A stretch of DNA of 64,000 bases. Origin: Eubacteriales bacterium (GTDB taxonomy: Bacteria; Bacillota; Clostridia; Oscillospirales; CAG-382). Below are positions 16,558 to 23,772 of the stretch, one piece after another. How positions within the stretch are numbered: position 1 is the stretch's first letter; each line of letters starts with the position of its first letter. The notes beneath the pieces are model-generated. The model saw only the letters and a list, made by a program, of their open reading frames with translations. It had not been told where the DNA came from and ran no database searches. A program made the translations under genes and the position numbers. The stretch is from contig JAZPZV010000042.1 of NCBI GenBank assembly GCA_045544855.1, positions 16,399 through 80,398 of the forward strand, written 5' to 3'.

Positions 16558-19173
16558 TTGAAAAGATTTTTCTGTCTGATCTTGACCTTAACGCTGTTAC
16601 TCTGCGCCTGCGGAGAAACTGCAGAAAACACCTCCTCCCTTCCCGGTGCGGAAAGCGTGGAGGAATCCTCCAAGGAAGAAAGTGAGGTCAGCAAGGTGTT
16701 TGAAGAGAACGAGCTGATCGGTGAGATCGATGCTTGTCTGACGGGGAAAGCTCCCGACCGTACCATGCTTGCCAAAAATCTGTTTGCCGATGCAAGCTAC
16801 ACCTTTAACACCAACACCAACGAAAGCTATACCGACCCCGATATGAAGAAGCTGAACGACGGCAACAAGCGGGATCTGTTTGACAAATACAGCTGGGTAG
16901 GCTTTACGGGAGGGGTACATCCCTCCGTCACCTTTGATCTGGGTGAGGGGGAGCACGCGTTGGCAGACGTGGAGATCAATATGCTCCGCCAGGTGGCTTA
17001 CGGCATTGAGCTTCCCGACAGCGTGATCCTTTCCGTTTCCGAGGACGGAAAGACCTACGTGAACATCTCTACCCTGAAATCCCCCGCCGACGTGGGGGAA
17101 GGCAACGTGTTCGTTTACCGCTTCGCTCTGCCGAAAACCGTTTCCGCAAGATACGTCCGTGTCACCTTCCGCAGAAAGGCCCAAAACTTCCTGTTCTTGG
17201 ACGAGATCACCGGGTACGAGTACTGCGAAGACGGTACCATTGATCCCTCCACGGGAAACTCCACCGCAGACGTGGAGAAGGTGTTTGATTACTACAAATA
17301 CGATCTGAGTAAGGACGAATACGTGGTGATCAGCCCCTCCGACAGCGATTACAACACCCGTCAGAACCTGGCTCTTTTGGAGTGGGCTAAGGTGGATGCC
17401 ACCCATTTCGATCCTTTTGATCCGTCTCACACCGCCTCCAACACTGACATGGCAGGCCTTGCCAAACTAATCGACGGGAAGAGGGCTTCCAAGGCGACCT
17501 ATTCCGACCCCGCCTTCGCTCATTTCTACCGCGGGTGCGGACGGCACGTAGTGGTGGATCTTGGCAACGAGATGGCCGTTGACTCCGTAGAAGCGGAGTT
17601 CTTGAACGAAGTGAGCGTTGGCGTGGCAGTGCCACCCGCGGTGATGGTCAGCGTCAGCAATGACGGCGAGAATTGGATCACCACCTACGGCGGGTATACC
17701 CTGGAGTACGGCAGCAATGAAAAATGCCTGTACAACGTTGACGCTACCTTCAAGGAGGCCTACCGTGCACGGTATATCCGTGTATCCTTCGTCACCGTGC
17801 CGGAAAACACCGTTTCCTCCAACGTATATCTTTCCGAGATCGAAGTCTGGGGTAAGAAGAACGCGGAAAACGTGCCCGAGGCAAAGGACGATCCCTCCAT
17901 CATCATGGGACGTTACCCCGATATTGGGAGGATCGGCTGTAACAACGTGCTTTTGGCCGCGGTGAACGGCAACGTCAAAGAGAATCCCACCCGCAATCTG
18001 GACGTTGCAGGGGCCTTGAAGCATCAAGCCTATCTGGACGAGCAGGGCAACATTCAGGATACCTTCTACGACTCCGTGCTGTTCTGTCCCTCCAACAGCT
18101 TCCCCTTTACCGGCAACGTGAAGGCCAACGCAGACCTTTACCGTGCCGATATGTTTACCGAAGGCTTTAACCTTTACGCCTGGGATGAGGCGGCAAGACA
18201 AGTACAGGAAGCTATTCCCGGTACGGCAAACGCCACCGTGTGGCTGAACCTGATGTGCCCCGACAACGACGACACCTGCCCCGACGTGGACGGTGACGGC
18301 AAGGCCGAAGATCTTTCCACTCCGGAAGGACGGCTGAGCTATCTGAAGTATCAGGTGGACGAATATCTGAAGGCCTGGGAGGAAGCGGGTTTTGAGCATA
18401 TCACCCTGTTGGGCTTCTATTGGAACAACGAGACCATTCACAGAAACGATCTTGCCCTGGAAAAGGCTGTGATCGGCGGGATCAACGCCTATATTCACGA
18501 AAAAGGCTACAAGAGCTTCTGGTGCCCCTACTACTCCGCTTACGGCATTTGGATGTGGCAGGAGCTGGGCTTTGACGTGGCTTGCCTCCAGCCCAACTAT
18601 ATGTTCTACGTCACCGATCCCACCCGTCTGAAGGCTACTGCGGACATAGCAAAGATCTACGGGATGTGCGTGGAGATCGAGATCGAGGTGGTCAGCGGTG
18701 AAGGCTCCGTGGGCAAATACCGTGAATACCTCCGTGAGGGCTTCGACAGCGGCTATATGCACTCCGTGAAGCTGTACTACGTCAGCGGCACGCCCAGCGC
18801 CATCGCCTCCGCATACGATTCCGAGGATCCTTTGGCACATTCCGTTTACGAGGATACCTACCTGTATGCCAAGGAAAAGCTGGATGAATCGTACAACAAG
18901 GGAGCCTCCGTTTCCATGGACGGCGTGAAGGATCTTACCTTGCAGGTGGTCCACGGGAAAAAGGTGGACTTTGACCTGGCTTTGCCCGAGGGGGTGAAGG
19001 CGAGGATCATGGAAAGCACGGTATACGGCACCTTCCGACTGGATCTTTCCGGAGAGGGTCAATACCGTGCCATGAAGGGCTTCCGCGGGGAGGATCGGAT
19101 TATGCTGGAGATCTACGACCCCGTAGGAAACAGGAAAACCGTCACCATTGCGGTGACGGTTACGGAAGAATAA
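16558..19173 (+). CDS. Surface lipoprotein: discoidin domains + DUF4855-like domain (paralog of 209-3313)
   Basis: Lipobox LTLLLCAC. Segments end FLFLDEITGYE and VYLSEIEVWG. Shared blocks LLGFYWNNE, WCPYYSAYG, QPNYMF and CVEIEIE. Start taken as TTG 16558 (GAAAGGAA about 10 nt upstream). GTG 16549 or TTG 16486 are possible alternatives. Confidence 0.8.
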   Translation: MKRFFCLILTLTLLLCACGETAENTSSLPGAESVEESSKEESEVSKVFEENELIGEIDACLTGKAPDRTMLAKNLFADASYTFNTNTNESYTDPDMKKLNDGNKRDLFDKYSWVGFTGGVHPSVTFDLGEGEHALADVEINMLRQVAYGIELPDSVILSVSEDGKTYVNISTLKSPADVGEGNVFVYRFALPKTVSARYVRVTFRRKAQNFLFLDEITGYEYCEDGTIDPSTGNSTADVEKVFDYYKYDLSKDEYVVISPSDSDYNTRQNLALLEWAKVDATHFDPFDPSHTASNTDMAGLAKLIDGKRASKATYSDPAFAHFYRGCGRHVVVDLGNEMAVDSVEAEFLNEVSVGVAVPPAVMVSVSNDGENWITTYGGYTLEYGSNEKCLYNVDATFKEAYRARYIRVSFVTVPENTVSSNVYLSEIEVWGKKNAENVPEAKDDPSIIMGRYPDIGRIGCNNVLLAAVNGNVKENPTRNLDVAGALKHQAYLDEQGNIQDTFYDSVLFCPSNSFPFTGNVKANADLYRADMFTEGFNLYAWDEAARQVQEAIPGTANATVWLNLMCPDNDDTCPDVDGDGKAEDLSTPEGRLSYLKYQVDEYLKAWEEAGFEHITLLGFYWNNETIHRNDLALEKAVIGGINAYIHEKGYKSFWCPYYSAYGIWMWQELGFDVACLQPNYMFYVTDPTRLKATADIAKIYGMCVEIEIEVVSGEGSVGKYREYLREGFDSGYMHSVKLYYVSGTPSAIASAYDSEDPLAHSVYEDTYLYAKEKLDESYNKGASVSMDGVKDLTLQVVHGKKVDFDLALPEGVKARIMESTVYGTFRLDLSGEGQYRAMKGFRGEDRIMLEIYDPVGNRKTVTIAVTVTEE

Positions 19174-19174
19174 G

Positions 19175-20056
19175 TTATCCGTGTATAGAAACGCCTTGCG
19201 AAAGCAGGGCGTTTTTTCCTTGCAACAGTGTTTCTGCGGAGGGGATCCATTCTGCCTGTGAACAGTCGTCCATCCCCGCCGCCTTTGCCTTGGCACCGCC
19301 GTAAGGGTGATAGGGCAACAGCTCCACACCTTCACAGTTTTGCAGGCTGTGATACAGCTTGGCAACAGCGGTATAGTGGGCACCATTGGCGTTTACACCG
19401 TTTACCAGAATACAGCGTAAACGGGACTTGCCGCCCAGAGAATCCACCATACGGAGATTTTCCAAAATATGCTTGTTGGAGACCCCCGTATACGCCAAAT
19501 GCCTTGCGTCGTCGGTGTCCTTCACGTCCCAAAGGAACAGATCCACCAAGGGGATGGCTTTTTGTAGCAGGGCGGAGGAAACGTACCCACAGGTCTCCAC
19601 GGCTGTGGAAATGCCGTTTTCCTTGCAAAGCTTCAAAAGCTCCAAGACCTCTTCCCCCTGCAAAAAGGGCTCGCCCCCGGAAAGGGTGACCCCGCCTCCG
19701 TTTTGGTAGAAGGGCGCATCCCGTTGGATCACCTCCAAAAGCTGTGCAGGGGTCATGTCCTTACCGCACAGGGACAGCGCCCCGGTGGGACAAAGAGAGG
19801 TGCAACTCCCGCAGGCAACACAGCTTTCCCGCCGCAGGGTATGCATCTCTTCAAAGCTATGTACCCCTTGGGGGCATTCTTCGCAGGCACGGCAGGAAAT
19901 ACATTTTTTCGTTTCAAACAAAAGCTGTGAAGCGGGACTTTGGGTCTCGGGGTTATGGCACCACGGGCAATGCAAGGGACAGCCCTTGAAGAAGATCACC
20001 GTCCGCACCCCGGGCCCGTCGTGCATACAAAACCTTTGGATCTCCGCTACCTTCAT
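19175..20056 (-). CDS. Glycyl-radical enzyme activating protein (radical SAM, with two auxiliary ferredoxin-type clusters)
   Basis: CPLHCPWCHNPE (CxxxCxxC) plus CISCRACEEC and CVACGSCTSLCP. The start overlaps the GRE stop (ATGA). Confidence 0.9.
   Translation of the reverse strand: MKVAEIQRFCMHDGPGVRTVIFFKGCPLHCPWCHNPETQSPASQLLFETKKCISCRACEECPQGVHSFEEMHTLRRESCVACGSCTSLCPTGALSLCGKDMTPAQLLEVIQRDAPFYQNGGGVTLSGGEPFLQGEEVLELLKLCKENGISTAVETCGYVSSALLQKAIPLVDLFLWDVKDTDDARHLAYTGVSNKHILENLRMVDSLGGKSRLRCILVNGVNANGAHYTAVAKLYHSLQNCEGVELLPYHPYGGAKAKAAGMDDCSQAEWIPSAETLLQGKNALLSQGVSIHG
19191..19220 (+). terminator. Terminator for 16558-19173, embedded in the 3' end of the convergent activase gene
   Basis: AACGCCTTGC-GAAA-GCAGGGCGTT followed by TTTTT. 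Confidence 0.6.
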
Positions 20057-22167
20057 GAATGCTCCTCCGTTTGGGCGATGATCATATCCTGCCAGCCCCG
20101 ATCCAGGGTCACGAAACGGGCGTTCCAGCCGGAGACCCGCACAGAAAGGGTGGAATAGTCCTCGGGACGCGCCTGTGCCGCTCTCAGAATGGCCCCATCC
20201 GCCACGTCAAGTTGGAGGAAGAAGCCGCCCAAAGTCATAAAGCCCTGCATCAGCGCGGTGATGGCGGAAAGACCGTCCTCCCCCTTTACGGCGGAGGGCA
20301 ACAGCTTGAGATCCAAGGCCGCTCCGGTGGTCATTTCCGTAAGGTCTATTTTGCAATAAGAGCGGATCACGGCGGTGGCACCCTCCCTGTCCGTCCCGGG
20401 AGTGGGAGAGCAGTTTCCTGCCAGCACCTCCCCCGCCCTTCTGCCGTAGGAGGTGGCCATGCGGTGGGGCGCCCATTCCAACTGTCTGCCGAAGGTGCTG
20501 ATCCCGGGAGGGATACCGTAGCCGCATCTCCCCTCCTGCCCGCGGCAGATGGCGGCAAAGGACTTTGCCAGGGAGACGGCGATCTCATCACATTCGTCGT
20601 TATCGTTGCCGAAATAGGCGTAGCGGCTTTGCACGTACCGCCGTAACACCTCTTCCCCCTCCCAGTCCTTTGCCAGAATGGCAAGAAGCTGCGGCAGGGT
20701 GCATTTTTGCTCTTCAAAAACCAGCGTGCGGATGGCGTACAAGCTGTTCACCGTGTCCGCAAAGCCCCCGAAGTGAGGGGATCGGATGTTGTAAACGGCA
20801 CCGCCGCGGAAATAAGGAAGCCCTGCGGAAATGCAACCGCCCTCAAACAGGGAGATCACCGTAGAGGGTGTCCAATCGCACCAGCGCCATCTGCCGTGGT
20901 CGTCCTTCTCCGGCGTTTCACAGCAATGACGCTCCACGATCCCCGCCACGGCGGTCTCCAGATCCGTCACATACGCTTGATAGAGCTCTTCGTAAGAGGC
21001 AAGATCTGCCCCCGATCCCAAAGTCTGCTGTAATATCTGTAACCCGTCGAAGGGGTCGTACCCGAAATTGGTCTTTCCGGGGATCTGCACCTCCCAACAG
21101 CCATCGTTGGCAAACTTCCAGATTTCCTCCTTTGGATAGCCGTAGGCCAAAAGGCTTTGATAGATCAGCTCCTCGTTGTACACCGCCAGAACGCCGCCCC
21201 CGTAGCGGATGACCTCTGCCATGCGGCGAAGAAGCTTTTGAGGCGTGCCCTTGTGCAACCGCAAGGTGGTGGGGAAATCTCCGATCCCCAATTCCTCGAT
21301 GATATCCAGCACCAGATAGGTGACGTGGTTGGTGATGTCCTTCCCTTCCCCGTCCCTGCCACCGATGACAAGATTCTGATAATGCTGGGCATCGCCGCTA
21401 CCGTAGTTGCCCCCGCAGATCCATTCGCACCCCTTGATGAAGAAGTGGGCAAGAAGCTCCCTTGCTTCCTCTAAGGTAAGTCTGCCCTCTGCCAGGTCGC
21501 GGTCCAAAAAGTCTCCCAAAAGCCAGTCAATCCTGCCAATGCCCGGCCAATTGCCGCAAAGCCGCTGGAAGGCGAAGGCAAACCATATACTCTGCAAGGC
21601 CTCCCGAAAGGTTGCGGGCACGCCGAAGGGCACCTTGGAAAGGACTTGACGGTTCTCTTCGTATCCCGCCTCCCTAAGGGCCTCCAGATATCTGCCGTGC
21701 CAAATGGCAAAGCTATCCAGGCAGGAAAGACAGCTTTGCAAAAAGGGCTCTCTGTCCGTGCCTCTGTAAGCCTCCAGAGACGCCAGAACGTCCAAACGGA
21801 TGCCGCCCATTCCACGTTTTACCACCGTCTCAAAATCCGCGGTAAGGTGGCTGACGGCGTAAAACACCGACTTGCCGCCAAAGGAAGCGGGGACGTGGTG
21901 GTGAATGGCTTCTCCCAGGGTGGCACTGCCGTTGAGCTTTTCCCCCTCGCAGATCCGCAAGGGCGCGTGAAGGCAGATCTCACGGATGGCGAGATCGTAC
22001 TTTTCAAGGTCGTTCAGCTCCGCAAAGCCTTCAATATGATCCAAAGAAACGGCAGGAACTGCCGCCGTCTCCCTGCCGTAACGGCAATGAAGGGAATCGT
22101 ATGCGAACTTGCGGGTAGATTCCGACAGGCGAACAGGGCGTTTGCCGAAGGCAGAATAGAATTCCAT
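20053..22167 (-). CDS. Glycyl-radical enzyme, PFL2/dehydratase-like, substrate unknown (short, 704 aa)
   Basis: C-terminal glycyl loop LSVRVSGWNARFVTL (RVxG). Mid-protein Cys loop NDGCWEVQIPG (Cys-x-Glu). Confidence 0.85.
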   Translation of the reverse strand: MEFYSAFGKRPVRLSESTRKFAYDSLHCRYGRETAAVPAVSLDHIEGFAELNDLEKYDLAIREICLHAPLRICEGEKLNGSATLGEAIHHHVPASFGGKSVFYAVSHLTADFETVVKRGMGGIRLDVLASLEAYRGTDREPFLQSCLSCLDSFAIWHGRYLEALREAGYEENRQVLSKVPFGVPATFREALQSIWFAFAFQRLCGNWPGIGRIDWLLGDFLDRDLAEGRLTLEEARELLAHFFIKGCEWICGGNYGSGDAQHYQNLVIGGRDGEGKDITNHVTYLVLDIIEELGIGDFPTTLRLHKGTPQKLLRRMAEVIRYGGGVLAVYNEELIYQSLLAYGYPKEEIWKFANDGCWEVQIPGKTNFGYDPFDGLQILQQTLGSGADLASYEELYQAYVTDLETAVAGIVERHCCETPEKDDHGRWRWCDWTPSTVISLFEGGCISAGLPYFRGGAVYNIRSPHFGGFADTVNSLYAIRTLVFEEQKCTLPQLLAILAKDWEGEEVLRRYVQSRYAYFGNDNDECDEIAVSLAKSFAAICRGQEGRCGYGIPPGISTFGRQLEWAPHRMATSYGRRAGEVLAGNCSPTPGTDREGATAVIRSYCKIDLTEMTTGAALDLKLLPSAVKGEDGLSAITALMQGFMTLGGFFLQLDVADGAILRAAQARPEDYSTLSVRVSGWNARFVTLDRGWQDMIIAQTEEHS

Positions 22168-22230
22168 AAAAGAACCTCAAAATAAGCAAAGGGCCATCCC
22201 GCAGGACAGCCCTCTTTACAGACGATAAAA

Positions 22231-23295
22231 TTAACCCAGGATAACTTCCTTGCCGGACTCGGAGGAATCGTACATAGCCTGCATCATCTCTGCCGTCTTG
22301 ATAACGGTGTCGATGTGAGAAGGAAGCTTCTCGCCGGTCTTGATGCAGTTGATAAAGCCGTCGATCTCTTTCTGGAACATGGGCTCATCCTTGTACTTGG
22401 GCTTGAAGTTCACCAAGCTGCCGCAGGAGGTGGTGTAAACGGTGAAGTCGCCGCCGTAGTTCAGTCTTGCGCCGCCCTTGGTGCCCAGGAAGTCGATATA
22501 GCTCTCGTTAATGCCCAGGTTCTGTGCCCAAGCGCCGTTGAAGGTGATTGTGGGGCCGTCGGTGCGAACGAAGCCGGTTACAAAGTCGTCAACGTCGTAG
22601 GTACCGTTCAGATCCTTGGTATCCTCAGCCCACATGCCTTCGTATACGTAGTTGGGCATATCCACGCCCAGCTTGCTGTATGCCTTTGCGGAAACGGAGG
22701 TAGCCTTGGGGTCGCCGGTGCAGTACATAACGATATCCAGATAGTGAACGCCCCAGTCGATGAGAACGCCGCCGCCGGAGATCTCCTTGGTGGTGAACGC
22801 ACCGCCGAGACCGGGGATGGAACGCTGAGAACGGAAGCAAACGTAAACGTGGTAGATCTCGCCCAGGTCGCCGGACTGAATGATCTCACGGAGACGGTTG
22901 ACAGCGGAGTTGAAGCGGTTGACCACGCCGATGTTCAGAACCTTGCCGGACTCGTGCTGAGCCTGCTGCATTGCCAGAGCCTCGGAATAAACGCGGGCCG
23001 CGGGCTTTTCGCAAAGAACGTTCTTGCCTGCCTTCAGAGCGTCGATGGTGATGAAAGCGTGCATCTTGTTGGGAGTACAAACGGAAACTGCCTCGATCTC
23101 GGGATCGTTCAGAACAACGTGGTAATCCTCAACTGCGGTGCCGCAACCGTACTTCTCTACGCACTTCTCTGCCTTGTGGAGCAGGATGTCGCAGAAATAC
23201 TTGATCTCAACCTCCTCGTTCTTCATATAAGCGGGGATGTGAGCACTGTTGGCGATCGTACCGCAACCGATGATCGCAATCTTCATTTTTGCCAT
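22231..23295 (-). CDS. Gfo/Idh/MocA-family NAD(P)-dependent oxidoreductase
   Basis: RBS GGAGG before ATG 23295. MKIAIIGCGTIANSAHIPAY Rossmann start and the CEKPAA motif. First gene of the oxidoreductase-GRE-activase operon. Confidence 0.85.
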   Translation of the reverse strand: MAKMKIAIIGCGTIANSAHIPAYMKNEEVEIKYFCDILLHKAEKCVEKYGCGTAVEDYHVVLNDPEIEAVSVCTPNKMHAFITIDALKAGKNVLCEKPAARVYSEALAMQQAQHESGKVLNIGVVNRFNSAVNRLREIIQSGDLGEIYHVYVCFRSQRSIPGLGGAFTTKEISGGGVLIDWGVHYLDIVMYCTGDPKATSVSAKAYSKLGVDMPNYVYEGMWAEDTKDLNGTYDVDDFVTGFVRTDGPTITFNGAWAQNLGINESYIDFLGTKGGARLNYGGDFTVYTTSCGSLVNFKPKYKDEPMFQKEIDGFINCIKTGEKLPSHIDTVIKTAEMMQAMYDSSESGKEVILG

Positions 23296-23356
23296 AGTGG
23301 GTAACCTCCGAAAATAATTGAATTTCATGATTTTTATTGGTTTTCACCTTATTTGC

Positions 23357-23385
23357 ATATTACCATATTCTATCCCGTTTTGCAA
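23357..23385 (-). promoter_or_regulatory. Sigma-A-type promoter candidate for the oxidoreductase-GRE-activase operon
   Basis: The minus strand reads TTGCAA-17 nt-TAATAT. Confidence 0.55.
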
Positions 23386-23417
23386 GAGATTTTGAAAAAA
23401 ATTTCAAAAAGCTCTTG
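23383..23417. promoter_or_regulatory. Imperfect 35-bp palindrome spanning both divergent -35 boxes (candidate operator)
   Basis: CAAGAGATTTTGAAA-AAAA-TTTCAAAAAGCTCTTG. Confidence 0.4.
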
Positions 23418-23443
23418 ACAAATTTACCATGCTCTGCTATAAT
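23415..23443 (+). promoter_or_regulatory. Consensus sigma-A promoter
   Basis: TTGACA-17 nt-TATAAT. Confidence 0.7.
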
Positions 23444-23454
23444 CCCTAACATCA

Positions 23455-23650
23455 AAAGCATGGAAGTGGAACAAGCGTCCGTTTTCCCTTTTCAGAGAGC
23501 CGTCGGTTGGTGCGAGGCGGTATGGGGTCGGAATGCGAACTCACCACAGAGCTTTCCTTTCGAACGGGGACGTTTGTCCTTCAGTAGGGAGTGAACGGGT
23601 TTCTCACCGTGATCAGGAGAACCGATTGCTGGATCGGTGTTGCATTTTTT
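23455..23650 (+). promoter_or_regulatory. T-box leader; Stem I at 23455-23555 with a Leu (CUC) specifier; expression platform atypical
   Basis: Hand fold: AAAGC/GCUUU base helix, AUGGAA/AGA K-turn-like, GUGG/CCAC helix, specifier loop GAA-CUC-A (23537-23543), AG bay AGAGAG (23494-23499), distal loop GGUUGGUGCGA closed by GCCGUC/GGCGGU. AGUA at 23583. Hairpin ACCGAU..AUCGGU (23621-23638) carries UGGA (23630-23633), with a U6 run at 23645-23650. The canonical GGGUGGNACCGCG box was not found. Confidence 0.6.
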
Positions 23651-23772
23651 GCAATTTTCATAGGTTACGTGTTTTCCCTCGGTAGCTCTGTCGGTGTATC
23701 TGTGCCCGATAGGGTTATTTTTGTTTTCTTTGCTTTTTGCTTCACATTTCTCCGGGAAAGGAACAGCCAACC

